Positions 52,488 to 62,083 of a DNA stretch of 64,000 bases are shown piece after piece. The stretch is taken from positions 2,966 through 66,965 of the IMG/VR virus record IMGVR_UViG_3300031215_000012. One strand, written 5' to 3'. The DNA comes from a virus. Position 1 is the first letter of the stretch. The number at the start of each line of letters is the position of its first letter. The translations under genes were made by a program, and so were the position numbers. Under the pieces are notes generated by a model. It was not told where the DNA came from, made no database searches, and saw only the letters and a list, made by a program, of their open reading frames with translations.

Positions 52488-52584
52488 TAGTCTGTTTGAT
52501 TTTTTTTATTAACTTATTTAATCAACATAAATATCAATACTACGTTACTTATAAAGAAATTATATAAAAAATGGAAACGAATTA

Positions 52585-52740
52585 TTATACAACATATAAA
52601 TCATATAAATTTTTTATACTAACAAGAATTAATAATGCAGCAAGAATATGTGTCAAAATTGTTGCTTCGTTTCCTTTTTTTGCAACTATAATTCCAGTGT
52701 ATAATACTAATAAAAAATAAAGGGTGTCAATAACTATCAT
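52585..52740 (-). CDS. small membrane protein (below ORF-track cutoff)
   Basis: MIVIDTLYFLLVLYTGIIVAKKGNEATILTHILAALLILV... Confidence 0.4.
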   Translation of the reverse strand: MIVIDTLYFLLVLYTGIIVAKKGNEATILTHILAALLILVSIKNLYDLYVV

Positions 52741-53069
52741 ATTCTTTTAAATTTTAACTCAAATGTTACTTTACTTACATCTTCTACACTAAAAACACCA
52801 ATCACCTCTGTGTTCTTGTATTTCTCCAAGTCAACCCAAATCTGATCCATAAATAATATAGCATCTTTATATATAAACTGCAAGTTACTTACCTCTATTT
52901 GCTTTGAACCTAAATTAGTAATAGTCCTATTGTACTTAACGCCATCTCTATTATATTCATTACCATAAACCAATTCGTCAGAATTCTTAATGTCCTTAGT
53001 TAATAATTCCATCTTATTCTCTTCACCTGGAATATAAATCCTATGTATCTCAAAATAAATATACCTCAT
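52737..53069 (-). CDS. hypothetical protein
   Basis: 110-aa ORF. Confidence 0.5.
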   Translation of the reverse strand: MRYIYFEIHRIYIPGEENKMELLTKDIKNSDELVYGNEYNRDGVKYNRTITNLGSKQIEVSNLQFIYKDAILFMDQIWVDLEKYKNTEVIGVFSVEDVSKVTFELKFKRI

Positions 53070-53109
53070 AATTAATTGTTTTTAAACTCACTAAATTAAT
53101 CTTCTTAAT

Positions 53110-53343
53110 TTATAACATTTTTTGTACTAAACTACTAGCACTTTTAATTAATTTATTAACATCACCACCAACATTATATGCAAATCTATAATAATAACTA
53201 TTATACATATAGGTCGCTGTTCTACATCTCCTATTACGCATCATAATAGTGTTAAAATCATCTTCTGTGTGCTTAAACATAGGTTCATCCTTTACTAAGG
53301 TCAATACAACACCATGACATTTGATCTCTTTAGGTATCTCCAT
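53110..53343 (-). CDS. hypothetical protein
   Basis: 77-aa ORF. Confidence 0.45.
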   Translation of the reverse strand: MEIPKEIKCHGVVLTLVKDEPMFKHTEDDFNTIMMRNRRCRTATYMYNSYYYRFAYNVGGDVNKLIKSASSLVQKML

Positions 53344-53350
53344 TTATTAA

Positions 53351-53734
53351 CTATCCTTTGTAATTAGTAATTATAACTCTTGGTACTCTATTCTTAGACG
53401 ATTCTAACTTCTGCTCTAATAATGCAATAGTTACCTTCTGCTCCAATAATATAACCTGTAAATCATATATATCATCATTACTCTCATTGATAACAGTTGT
53501 TGCCGATTTTGTCCATTCAACTAATCCCACAATATCATTAAGCATTTTCTCCTTATTCCTATTGTAAACTTCAGATATATCTGTCGTCCATTTACTTAAC
53601 TCATTCACTTTATCTCGCAATGTATTATGTTCAACCAATGTACTTTGGTTTACCTTCTTATTTGTACTTATCACATACATTGTTATAAAAAATAATACTG
53701 CTAATACTGCTATTCCTACTAATGTTGCTCCCAT
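53351..53734 (-). CDS. membrane-anchored coiled-coil protein
   Basis: N-terminal TM, heptad tail. Confidence 0.5.
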   Translation of the reverse strand: MGATLVGIAVLAVLFFITMYVISTNKKVNQSTLVEHNTLRDKVNELSKWTTDISEVYNRNKEKMLNDIVGLVEWTKSATTVINESNDDIYDLQVILLEQKVTIALLEQKLESSKNRVPRVIITNYKG

Positions 53735-53768
53735 AATTTTAAATTTTAATTGTTTTTAATTGTGTTTA

Positions 53769-54198
53769 TTACTTCGCAGATTCTTTTAAAAATAAATACG
53801 ATTTATTGTACTTCTGTATTCGCAATATATCCTTATCACGTACTCCCTTCAATCTGGTAATCTTTGAATTTATGCTCCAAATCTCGCAACTTTACTTCTC
53901 TAGATAAAACATTCTGTGAAATCTTCTTAATATATTCATCATAAGAATCTTCTTCTATATGAGTAAGAACACCTATTGCTTTTACAATTAATACAGAAAA
54001 TCCTTCTTCTAATAACATATCCAACGTCCAATCCGTATCTTCAACCAAATCATGTAAAACCGCCACAATCATTGCATCTTCTCCTAAATGTCGTACCCTA
54101 TCCATTACCCATAAACAATGTAGAATATAAGGACTCCCAGACTTATCTTGTACCCTACTAAAAGCTACACTCGCAATCTCAATTGCTCTTCCTAACAT
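53769..54198 (-). pseudogene. HD-domain (RelA/SpoT hydrolase-like) protein with +1 frameshift
   Basis: PYILH, LHDLVEDT, VKL.DLEH; removing one A at ~53870 restores NSKITRLKGVRDKD..RIQKY. Confidence 0.75.
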
Positions 54199-54231
54199 AT
54201 TTCTCTTTTTTTAAATTTTAAATTTCCGCAC

Positions 54232-54546
54232 TTAATCTCTTTTTTTAAATAACCACTTAATCCAATACCATAAGTCAAACTCCTTCTCTATAATCTTAAT
54301 GAACATTATACAGGGATAGAAAACCATCCATAGTATATCAATTAGTAAATCAAACATTGAATAAAACAAATTAATACCAAACTTCTTACGATGCCTAAAT
54401 AACCAATCAGATACTTTATCTTTCCATGATGGATATTCTATACGCATATCTATTATAAAATATATTATAGTACTAAGAATCCATAACCAAACTATAATTA
54501 TCCAGTCATTAACTATAAAATCATATAAAATCTTTAATATCTCCAT
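54232..54546 (-). CDS. membrane protein
   Basis: Two Trp/Ile-rich hydrophobic segments. Confidence 0.5.
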   Translation of the reverse strand: MEILKILYDFIVNDWIIIVWLWILSTIIYFIIDMRIEYPSWKDKVSDWLFRHRKKFGINLFYSMFDLLIDILWMVFYPCIMFIKIIEKEFDLWYWIKWLFKKRD

Positions 54547-54683
54547 AACTTCTTTTTAATGTATTACTCCTCTATTAATTCCTTCTGTTACTTCATCTTC
54601 TAATTCTCTATGTAAATCACTTTCTCTTATCAATTTAGATGATATATCATTCAATTTATAATTCATATCTTATTTTTTAGTTT

Positions 54684-55034
54684 CTATTTACACTCATTTC
54701 TATTAAACATACTTTTCAATTTATCACGTTTTTCATCATATATAAGAGAATTGTTATAATCCTCTAAGGTTCTTGTCGCATAAGTCTTTATAAAGTCACA
54801 ATCAATATCTTTGTCTAAACTTACACTGTATATATCCTGCATTACTTTAACTAATTTATTCTTAGTCCAAAATATAAAGTATTTTACTTCCTTTTGAACG
54901 AATATATCTACTTCTATACTATCCATCCAAGAGTGTTTATCATATTCAACAGTAATAACTAATGGAGTTCCATCTTTATCTTTAAATTCAGTATATGAAA
55001 TCATATCTATTTTGTTTAGATTACTAATATACAA
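54684..55034 (-). CDS. hypothetical protein
   Basis: True start probably MISYTEF; annotated start overlaps a TATATTAG promoter box. Confidence 0.5.
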   Translation of the reverse strand: MYISNLNKIDMISYTEFKDKDGTPLVITVEYDKHSWMDSIEVDIFVQKEVKYFIFWTKNKLVKVMQDIYSVSLDKDIDCDFIKTYATRTLEDYNNSLIYDEKRDKLKSMFNRNECK

Positions 55035-55226
55035 CTTTATTTTTGATTATACAAGTAAGTACTTGAATATCTTTTCTCTTGTTCTCTTGTATATTCCTAT
55101 GAAGGAGTTTTTAGAGTACAGTAAGTACATCTATTAAATGTTAATTTACAATGGTTTATTTGCTTTAATGTAATAAATATTATATCTATTCACTGTAAAC
55201 ATTACAAAATTCTTGTATATAATATA

Positions 55227-55496
55227 CTAAATGTGAATGTCATCTCTAATAATCATATAATCAAAGTAACTAAACTTATTAACTAATATATTCTTATAAT
55301 TTAATACAGAACTATGTAAATCTAATCCACAATTTGTAAATAATTTTATATTTGTAGAACCTAAAAAGCTAATAATCTGTTCTAAATTGTCTTTAGTAAT
55401 GACTTCAATATCTTCTGTGTAATATAAAATATTAAACCCGGATTCTACTTCATAAATCTCTAATGGGCCTTTAAGTCCTAAGTATAATTTTTTCAT
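55227..55496 (-). CDS. hypothetical protein
   Basis: 89-aa ORF. Confidence 0.45.
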   Translation of the reverse strand: MKKLYLGLKGPLEIYEVESGFNILYYTEDIEVITKDNLEQIISFLGSTNIKLFTNCGLDLHSSVLNYKNILVNKFSYFDYMIIRDDIHI

Positions 55497-55507
55497 AACT
55501 ATTTATT

Positions 55508-55747
55508 TTAAAATGGTAAATCTAATGCAACTAACATGATGTGGTTTACAGGCAATTGAAATTGTTCCATGAGATCAATCATTCTACCTTTAGTCATTTT
55601 AGTTAAGAAAGTACATTCATCAACTTCGAGAGTTTCAAATCCATTCTCATCAAGACCATTAAACACTTGGAAGAAGTATCCAGTAACCTCATCGTAACCG
55701 TATGCTATATCTTTTTCTTTTGTAATTTGTATAGTGTATCTGCTCAT
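55508..55747 (-). CDS. hypothetical early protein
   Basis: YGYD...GYFFQV motif; follows promoter cassette. Confidence 0.55.
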   Translation of the reverse strand: MSRYTIQITKEKDIAYGYDEVTGYFFQVFNGLDENGFETLEVDECTFLTKMTKGRMIDLMEQFQLPVNHIMLVALDLPF

Positions 55748-55820
55748 AAATTTATTTTAATATTAATTACCTCACCTCATCAACAATACTAAGATACGAA
55801 TAATAAATGACAATAACAAA
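55748..55820 (-). promoter_or_regulatory. early promoter
   Basis: TTTG-N20-TATCTTAG followed by TATTGTTGATGAGG leader. Confidence 0.75.
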
Positions 55821-55989
55821 TAATTAGGTGTTTATTTTGAGAATATAAATCTCATGATAGCGAAGAATTGGTTCTCAAATTTTCGTAATTCTCATCTGGT
55901 TTTGCGTCCTTTATATCCATTTGGTTTTATCCTGTTTAAGTCTTTGGTGTGTAGTATCAGAATTAGATGTATTCCATTTCCTATTCATC

Positions 55990-58548
55990 TCAAGAGAACT
56001 CACCTAAATAAGCTGGCGAGTAGGTTCTAGTCTTCTTTGGGTTATCTTTGATGTAATCTTTTACTAATTGGTAGTATTCTTTTTCTGAGTTGACTCCTTC
56101 GTGTTTTCTATGTGGATTCGAAAATAATTTTAATTCTGAGTTAACCTTTCTATATTTTACAAATTTACCTTGACTTATTAATTCGTTGTTTATACATATC
56201 TGAAAGGTTTCTTCAGGTGTTGGTTGGTTAATACCTAATTCATTTTTAACCAATTTCCAGTATTCAGCGTCAGTGTTAACGCTATCGTACTTTTGATATG
56301 GGGCGATATGTAAATTTAGTTTTGGGTTATCTTTCCTATACTTAATATAGTTATCTCTACTAATTAATTCGTTATTGATACATATTTTAAATGTTTCTTC
56401 AGGTGATAATAAATCATTATTAATACCTAAAGTATCTTTGACCAATTTCCAATAATCTTTACTAGTATTCACGTTACCATATTTTTTATATGGGTTAGCG
56501 TGTAAATTTAATTTTGGATTACGTTCTCTATATTTATTATATAACGTAATTGTCGTCAATCGGTTCTCGACACATATTTTGAAGGTTTCTTCGGGTGGAA
56601 TGAATTTATAGTTAACGTCCAATACTTCTTTAATTAATTCCCAATATTCTTTACTAGTCTTTAACCCCTCATGCTTAGTGTGTGGTACTGAGGGTAAATT
56701 CAAATCACTACCTTTTCTATGTTTAGTGTATTTAGGTTCACTAGTTAATTCATTATCAAGACATATCTGGAAGGTTTCTTCAGGTGATAAAATATTAACA
56801 CTCAATTTATATTTTACTAGTTCCCAATATTCATGACTTGTATTAACACCGTTATGTCTCAGGTAAGGGTTTGATGATATATTTAAATTAGGGTTAGTTT
56901 TTCTATGTTTAGTGTATTTAGGTTCACTAATTAATACATTATCTACACATATCTGAAATGTTTCTTCAGGTGACATAAGTTCACTATTCACATCCCTCAA
57001 AACATCACGAAGATTACTAGTTGCGTATCTAGTAATAAGTCCATATAATTCATCCTTAGTATTAAAGAAAGCTCCTGAATATAACATTGTTTCCATTAAT
57101 AAACAATCATCAACCTTATCATTACTCTTCTCTATACTAATAACATAATCATTACCAACCAATTTATCAACCCATTCATCATAACTATCACTAGTTATCT
57201 CATATACATTTTCATCTACCTTAACACTAACATTGAAATCATCATTATTAACTAAGTCAGAAACACTAACAGGTTTATCTTCTGATTTAATAATAATAGT
57301 ATTATCACATATATCATTAGTCACATGAGACTTTTTAGCACAATACGATTTAACGCTACCAACACCACTTACTGGTTTCTTAATAACATCAGGTTTGAAT
57401 GTTGGTACTGAGAAGTTATTACCGTTGAAATTCTCATAATGTTCCTGCTTTAATAACATCAATACCGCAGTCATCACATGAACATATACATCGGCTGAAT
57501 TCCCATTGTTAGGAACTACTTTAATATACCTCTTATCAATAGCATCAGTTCTCTTTCTAATTGCTCTAGAATATCTTTGATAAAGTGTATCAATGTTCTT
57601 AGTATATGTCAAATCAATAATAGAAACATTCGGGTCATCAAAACCTTCAGTTGCTCTAGCAACTACAATTAATACTACGTTATCAATTCCCGTATATCCA
57701 TCCTTAAACTTAACTATGTTAGATGAATCTTTATCCGTTTGAGAATGTGATGTATAATTAATAACACCCCTAGCGTTTAGATATGTTTCAATCTCATCAG
57801 CTTGGTTAATTCTTTTAACATAGATAATAACCTTTCCAAAATCTCCTACTAATACAGATTCTAATACTACTATATTATTAGTTAATTTATTTTGAGATTT
57901 CTCTATTACTTCTCCGTTCTGATTATAATCTTCCAATGTTAAATGGACATCATTCGATACAATATCTAATTCAATATCCGTATCATATTGACCACTATGA
58001 ACCGATTCTATTAGTGAAGCTGAAATATATGTACCTCTAATCTCACCATCGTCAACTCTCTGCTTAAATATTGCTGGTGACCCAGTTAATAATAGATGGT
58101 TACCATCAATATAGTTATAAGATATTTCATCCATACTATCAGTACCCTCATAGAATTTATGTGCTTCATCAACCACCAAGTAATCGAACTTACCATATAA
58201 ATCAACACACTCGCCCATTTGCTTTGTGTTTTGGTAAATCATTATTTGTACTGACTTACTTGGTTCATATAACGATAAGTTTGATGTGTCATATACTGAT
58301 ACCTCATCAATACCTACTATATCACATACCGAATCATAGAATTGTCTTTTAAGTACATTAGTCCCATGAACCGAACACAATATTCGCTTACCTCTAGATA
58401 TTAACTCTTTGATTATGAACGCCGTCATGAAGGTTTTACCTGCGTTAGGTGCTGCTGCTAAGAGTACGTGCGTTTTATCAATATTGTCTAATACGAAGGT
58501 TGTAGCTTCTTCTTGATACCCATATAATTTAATAGTTTCTTTAGTCAT
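55990..58548 (-). CDS. SF2 (ResIII-like) helicase with five C-terminal ~62-aa repeats
   Basis: YQ, APNAGKT, DEAH, LTGSP, EGFD, QR..RA.R; PEETF.IC..N.L repeats. Confidence 0.8.
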   Translation of the reverse strand: MTKETIKLYGYQEEATTFVLDNIDKTHVLLAAAPNAGKTFMTAFIIKELISRGKRILCSVHGTNVLKRQFYDSVCDIVGIDEVSVYDTSNLSLYEPSKSVQIMIYQNTKQMGECVDLYGKFDYLVVDEAHKFYEGTDSMDEISYNYIDGNHLLLTGSPAIFKQRVDDGEIRGTYISASLIESVHSGQYDTDIELDIVSNDVHLTLEDYNQNGEVIEKSQNKLTNNIVVLESVLVGDFGKVIIYVKRINQADEIETYLNARGVINYTSHSQTDKDSSNIVKFKDGYTGIDNVVLIVVARATEGFDDPNVSIIDLTYTKNIDTLYQRYSRAIRKRTDAIDKRYIKVVPNNGNSADVYVHVMTAVLMLLKQEHYENFNGNNFSVPTFKPDVIKKPVSGVGSVKSYCAKKSHVTNDICDNTIIIKSEDKPVSVSDLVNNDDFNVSVKVDENVYEITSDSYDEWVDKLVGNDYVISIEKSNDKVDDCLLMETMLYSGAFFNTKDELYGLITRYATSNLRDVLRDVNSELMSPEETFQICVDNVLISEPKYTKHRKTNPNLNISSNPYLRHNGVNTSHEYWELVKYKLSVNILSPEETFQICLDNELTSEPKYTKHRKGSDLNLPSVPHTKHEGLKTSKEYWELIKEVLDVNYKFIPPEETFKICVENRLTTITLYNKYRERNPKLNLHANPYKKYGNVNTSKDYWKLVKDTLGINNDLLSPEETFKICINNELISRDNYIKYRKDNPKLNLHIAPYQKYDSVNTDAEYWKLVKNELGINQPTPEETFQICINNELISQGKFVKYRKVNSELKLFSNPHRKHEGVNSEKEYYQLVKDYIKDNPKKTRTYSPAYLGEFS

Positions 58549-58622
58549 AATGTAAATGTACGTATTATTTCTTTAATATCAAAATTTTTCTTTGATTAAT
58601 TATAAACTATTATCTTTAATGA

Positions 58623-58697
58623 ACGTCTTAATATTCATATTAAGTCCATGTATAGCATCTTCAAATCCAAATCTTTTATTATTCATATAAATATTTA
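58623..58697. repeat. 75-bp direct repeat block A (copy at 60183..60257)
   Basis: One mismatch by eye alignment. Confidence 0.85.
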
Positions 58698-58730
58698 GAA
58701 ATAGTGTAAAAGGTGATATTTATCCTACTT

Positions 58731-58789
58731 TTATAATTTACTCTTTTATTTAAAAAATCTAATATTTGATTGCATCAACATAAATAAAC
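58731..58789. repeat. 59-bp direct repeat block B (copy at 60061..60119)
   Basis: Two mismatches by eye alignment. Confidence 0.85.
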
Positions 58790-58864
58790 CTACTAGTGTG
58801 TTTAAAATAATAAACAAAAAATCTCCTACCAAATTAATGATAAGAGATTTAATATTTAATTTTA

Positions 58865-59140
58865 TTACAAACCTAACATTGCAATATCTTTATGGTTTAA
58901 TCCAATTTCAAAAGCAATCTTTTTATTATATTCTTTCATTTTACCATTTAATGTAAATAAACGATATATTGTCCATAAACTTGCACCACCAAGTGTGCAA
59001 TAGAATAATATTTGTTTCCCCATTGCACCCATAGAACCGTATGACCAACCGAAGAATAAAAATAATATCCATATTTTTCCTGTGTCTAATTTTCTACCAT
59101 TAAATATTGCTATTTTATCACTACTACTGTATTCACTCAT
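58865..59140 (-). CDS. TM2-domain membrane protein
   Basis: ILFLFFG...G..GKQILFY.TLGG..LW. Confidence 0.7.
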   Translation of the reverse strand: MSEYSSSDKIAIFNGRKLDTGKIWILFLFFGWSYGSMGAMGKQILFYCTLGGASLWTIYRLFTLNGKMKEYNKKIAFEIGLNHKDIAMLGL

Positions 59141-59172
59141 TTTTTTATATTTTATGTTTAACTCTTAATAAT

Positions 59173-59979
59173 TTACTTACTTAACTTAACTAACGCATTA
59201 TCTAATTTATTGGGGTCTAATTTAAATAGATATGTACTACCACTGTACTTTGATAACTCTTTAATATAAACTTTAACCTCTTTATTTTTTTTAAGGATAT
59301 TAAAAAATTCTTTATCTTCAAAAATAAATCTATCACTGTATAATAATATAGTCTCATCATACACAATACTATCAGTAGAACTATCTTTCACCTTTATTGA
59401 ATATCGCCCCATATCATTCACAGTCGCTTTCACTTTTGAACTACCATATTCAAATAAAAATAATTGAAGTACCTCTTTATCAGTTACTAACACATTTACT
59501 GATAATTTGTTATTATCCGTAGCTGAATTACTAAAAGAACCTTTAGTCTCCTGTGATACATAACCCGATTTTGTTTCTTCTTTAAACTCATCAACGAAAT
59601 AATTAACCTTCCAATTCCCCATTTTTTCATATTCTAAGGCTTTTGCGATTGAATCCGTTATATGAAGTTTATTTAAAGAATCTAATTTATTCTTTTCTTC
59701 AATTTCATTTCGTTCAATTATAATATTAGCTTCATCGAAAATATTAGAAGCACTCATACCATTAAGTCTATTTAAGACCATAGGTATGTTTAGAAACCCC
59801 CCATCTTCTTCAATTACCACTGAAATTGAACGCTGAAGTGAATCTGATTTAGATTTAGAAAATCCACTCTTAATTTCTTCTAGTGATGATTTATATGTTA
59901 TCATATTCGTTCCATCAATTTTTTGACTACAGCTAAATAATGCAACCATTAATCCTAATCCTAATAATACCTTTTTCAT
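59173..59979 (-). CDS. lipoprotein
   Basis: Re-assigned start MKKVLLGLGLMVALFSC (lipobox). Confidence 0.7.
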   Translation of the reverse strand: MKKVLLGLGLMVALFSCSQKIDGTNMITYKSSLEEIKSGFSKSKSDSLQRSISVVIEEDGGFLNIPMVLNRLNGMSASNIFDEANIIIERNEIEEKNKLDSLNKLHITDSIAKALEYEKMGNWKVNYFVDEFKEETKSGYVSQETKGSFSNSATDNNKLSVNVLVTDKEVLQLFLFEYGSSKVKATVNDMGRYSIKVKDSSTDSIVYDETILLYSDRFIFEDKEFFNILKKNKEVKVYIKELSKYSGSTYLFKLDPNKLDNALVKLSK

Positions 59980-60020
59980 AATTTTAATTTGTTTTTTGTT
60001 TTTAATTGTTTTTATTTTAA

Positions 60021-60052
60021 CAAAGATACAACATTTATTCTGTTCTACCAAA
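60021..60052 (-). promoter_or_regulatory. consensus Bacteroidota housekeeping-sigma promoter
   Basis: TTTG-N20-TATCTTTG. Confidence 0.85.
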
Positions 60053-60238
60053 TTTATTTCTTATAATTTAATCTTTTATTTAAAAAATCTAATATTTGAT
60101 TGCATCAATATAAATAAACTTATCGGTATGCTTAATGTCACCACTAATGTTAAACCCAGCTTTCTCTAGTAATTCTTGTAACACGTCTTAATATTCATAT
60201 TAAGTCCATGTATAGCGTCTTCAAATCCAAATCTTTTA

Positions 60239-60544
60239 TTATTCATATAAATATTTATATGAATAATGTGTTTCTTTTTCAGCAGTTTCTAAATCAGTAA
60301 AGAAGTTGTTAAGTATTCTTACTGGTTTACCTCCATATTCTACGAGAACGAATTCAAAATCTTTTGAATCAATGAAAACGTTAGTGATAGTATCAATAAA
60401 AGGAACAGAAAGTATTTTCACAGGACTAGGTGTAACTCCTCTGTTGTTAGCAGGAGCGGCTCTTTCGTTAGTATTAATAAATATACCAAAACTGTTATCT
60501 TTAGGGTAAAGTGTTTTACCTATGTGTGAAATATTTGCTTTCAT
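60239..60544 (-). CDS. hypothetical protein, tandem paralogue 1
   Basis: Highly similar to 60544..60858. Confidence 0.7.
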   Translation of the reverse strand: MKANISHIGKTLYPKDNSFGIFINTNERAAPANNRGVTPSPVKILSVPFIDTITNVFIDSKDFEFVLVEYGGKPVRILNNFFTDLETAEKETHYSYKYLYE

Positions 60545-60858
60545 TAGAATGTCTTAATAGGTTTCATTTTTTCTTTGTCAATTTCAGTACTCTTTTCTGC
60601 GTGTTCTAAATTATCAAAGAAGGAATTAATAATTCTTACTTCTGAACCTTGATATTCTACAAGAACAAATTCATGTTTACCAGTAAATTCAAATGATTCT
60701 ATTACAGTAGTAAAAGGAACAGATAGTATTTTAACTGGACTTGGTATTTCTCCTCTGTTGTTAGCAGGAGTGGCTCTTTCGTTAGTATGAATGAATATAC
60801 AATAGCTGTTATCTTTAGGGTAAAGTGTTTTACCTATGTGTGAAATGTTTACTTTCAT
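60544..60858 (-). CDS. hypothetical protein, tandem paralogue 2
   Basis: NISHIGKTLYPKDNS shared with 60239..60544. Confidence 0.7.
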   Translation of the reverse strand: MKVNISHIGKTLYPKDNSYCIFIHTNERATPANNRGEIPSPVKILSVPFTTVIESFEFTGKHEFVLVEYQGSEVRIINSFFDNLEHAEKSTEIDKEKMKPIKTF

Positions 60859-60903
60859 TAGTTACAGTTATTAAGGTTATTGTTAATAAATTTTATTTTT
60901 TCT

Positions 60904-61140
60904 TTATTTGTTTTCATTATTATTAGATTTTAGTAATAATAGTTTAGTGTATAATTTCAAAGGAACATTTAATTGGATACCTCCTGTGTTCTGTACGTTG
61001 AAATTTATATTACTTTTAACTGTTTGTATTTCTGTTAATCTTAAAGTATCTAAAAGACTAAGTGTTCTAAAGTCTTCTATGATGTCATTAGATGTTAACC
61101 AGATGGTAACAGTTGCGAGATCTATTTCTCTTATATCCAT
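60904..61140 (-). CDS. hypothetical protein
   Basis: 78-aa ORF. Confidence 0.45.
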   Translation of the reverse strand: MDIREIDLATVTIWLTSNDIIEDFRTLSLLDTLRLTEIQTVKSNINFNVQNTGGIQLNVPLKLYTKLLLLKSNNNENK

Positions 61141-61376
61141 TGTTTTCCTTGTCTTTTAAATTCTAAGATATATTTATTTTGATTGGTTGTTCTCATTGCG
61201 GATTTACCGAAAGATTCTTCGATACCTTCTAAAGCGAACTTGGAAGCTGCGAAGTGTATATGTCTAAAAGTACCTTCTCGGTCTCTTATTGTGTTAAACT
61301 TTAAGAATGCTGCGTTGTTAAAAGATTCGATTTCTTTTTTGATTTGAGATTTTTCAGAGATGTTTACAGTTTTCAT
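61131..61376 (-). CDS. hypothetical early protein
   Basis: Follows promoter cassette. Confidence 0.55.
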   Translation of the reverse strand: MKTVNISEKSQIKKEIESFNNAAFLKFNTIRDREGTFRHIHFAASKFALEGIEESFGKSAMRTTNQNKYILEFKRQGKQWI

Positions 61377-61463
61377 ATAGTAGTATTAAAGTTAAACGTT
61401 ATGTGAAGGTTAGTCCCTCACACCAACAAAGTAAAGATAAGCATAATAAATGATATAACCTAA
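61377..61463 (-). promoter_or_regulatory. early promoter plus hairpin leader
   Basis: TTAG-N20-TATCTTTA; TGTGAGGG..CCTTCACA hairpin. Confidence 0.7.
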
Positions 61464-61658
61464 TTTTGGAGAGATTTTATTTCGCACAATAATTTGCACC
61501 TATCAAAGATTTTATTACTTTGGAAGTGTTTTCTATACTAAATCGTGTTTTATGAATTTCAACATTAGATTCATCAACCTCAGATTGTTGTAAAATCACA
61601 ACAGGACCACTTGCGTTAACTGTTTTTAATAGTGATAATAGATTGTCAATATTCATAA

Positions 61659-61949
61659 TTATTTAAGTTTAGTTAATTTTTGAATATATTCTGCAACAAC
61701 ATTTGTTTCTTCTTTAAGGATTGATGTAAATTGTTTATAATGGTTAGCGACATCATTCCATTCCCAGAATGTTTTACCAATAGGACTAGCAAGAGCGCTA
61801 CGTTTTCCGTTAACGGTTCTTTGTACATCGAATGATGATCCAAAGAACAAGATGTTTAATTGTGCGTTACCTTGATTAGTAACGATATTAACATAAGGTC
61901 TAGACCCTTTAATTGTTTTAACTTTTTTAATTTCGATTTCAAATGACAT
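61659..61949 (-). CDS. hypothetical early protein
   Basis: Follows promoter cassette. Confidence 0.55.
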   Translation of the reverse strand: MSFEIEIKKVKTIKGSRPYVNIVTNQGNAQLNILFFGSSFDVQRTVNGKRSALASPIGKTFWEWNDVANHYKQFTSILKEETNVVAEYIQKLTKLK

Positions 61950-62032
61950 AGTACAAGATTTAGAGTTAAACTGTTCAGGGTCTATCCCTCACCAGCAATA
62001 CTAAGATACTAAAAATATTTAAATTAAACAAG
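61950..62032 (-). promoter_or_regulatory. early promoter plus hairpin leader (near-duplicate of 63391..63474)
   Basis: CTTG-N20-TATCTTAG; AGGG..CCCT hairpin. Confidence 0.75.
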
Positions 62033-62034
62033 GA

Positions 62035-62083
62035 TATAGATTAGGAGTTCATATTGTGTATTACATTAACATCTGTGTTAGGG
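62035..62083 (+). other. attI-like recombination site, copy 1
   Basis: 38 bp identical to 63523..63560; TAAC-N6-GTTAGGG core. Confidence 0.5.

Noticed and set aside
55990-58548. Helicase as the integrase for the cassette arrays
   Set aside because: No tyrosine-recombinase R-H-R-H-Y or serine-recombinase motifs.
58623-60858. Diversity-generating retroelement TR/VR pair
   Set aside because: Too few mismatches to show adenine-specific mutagenesis, and no reverse transcriptase in the window.
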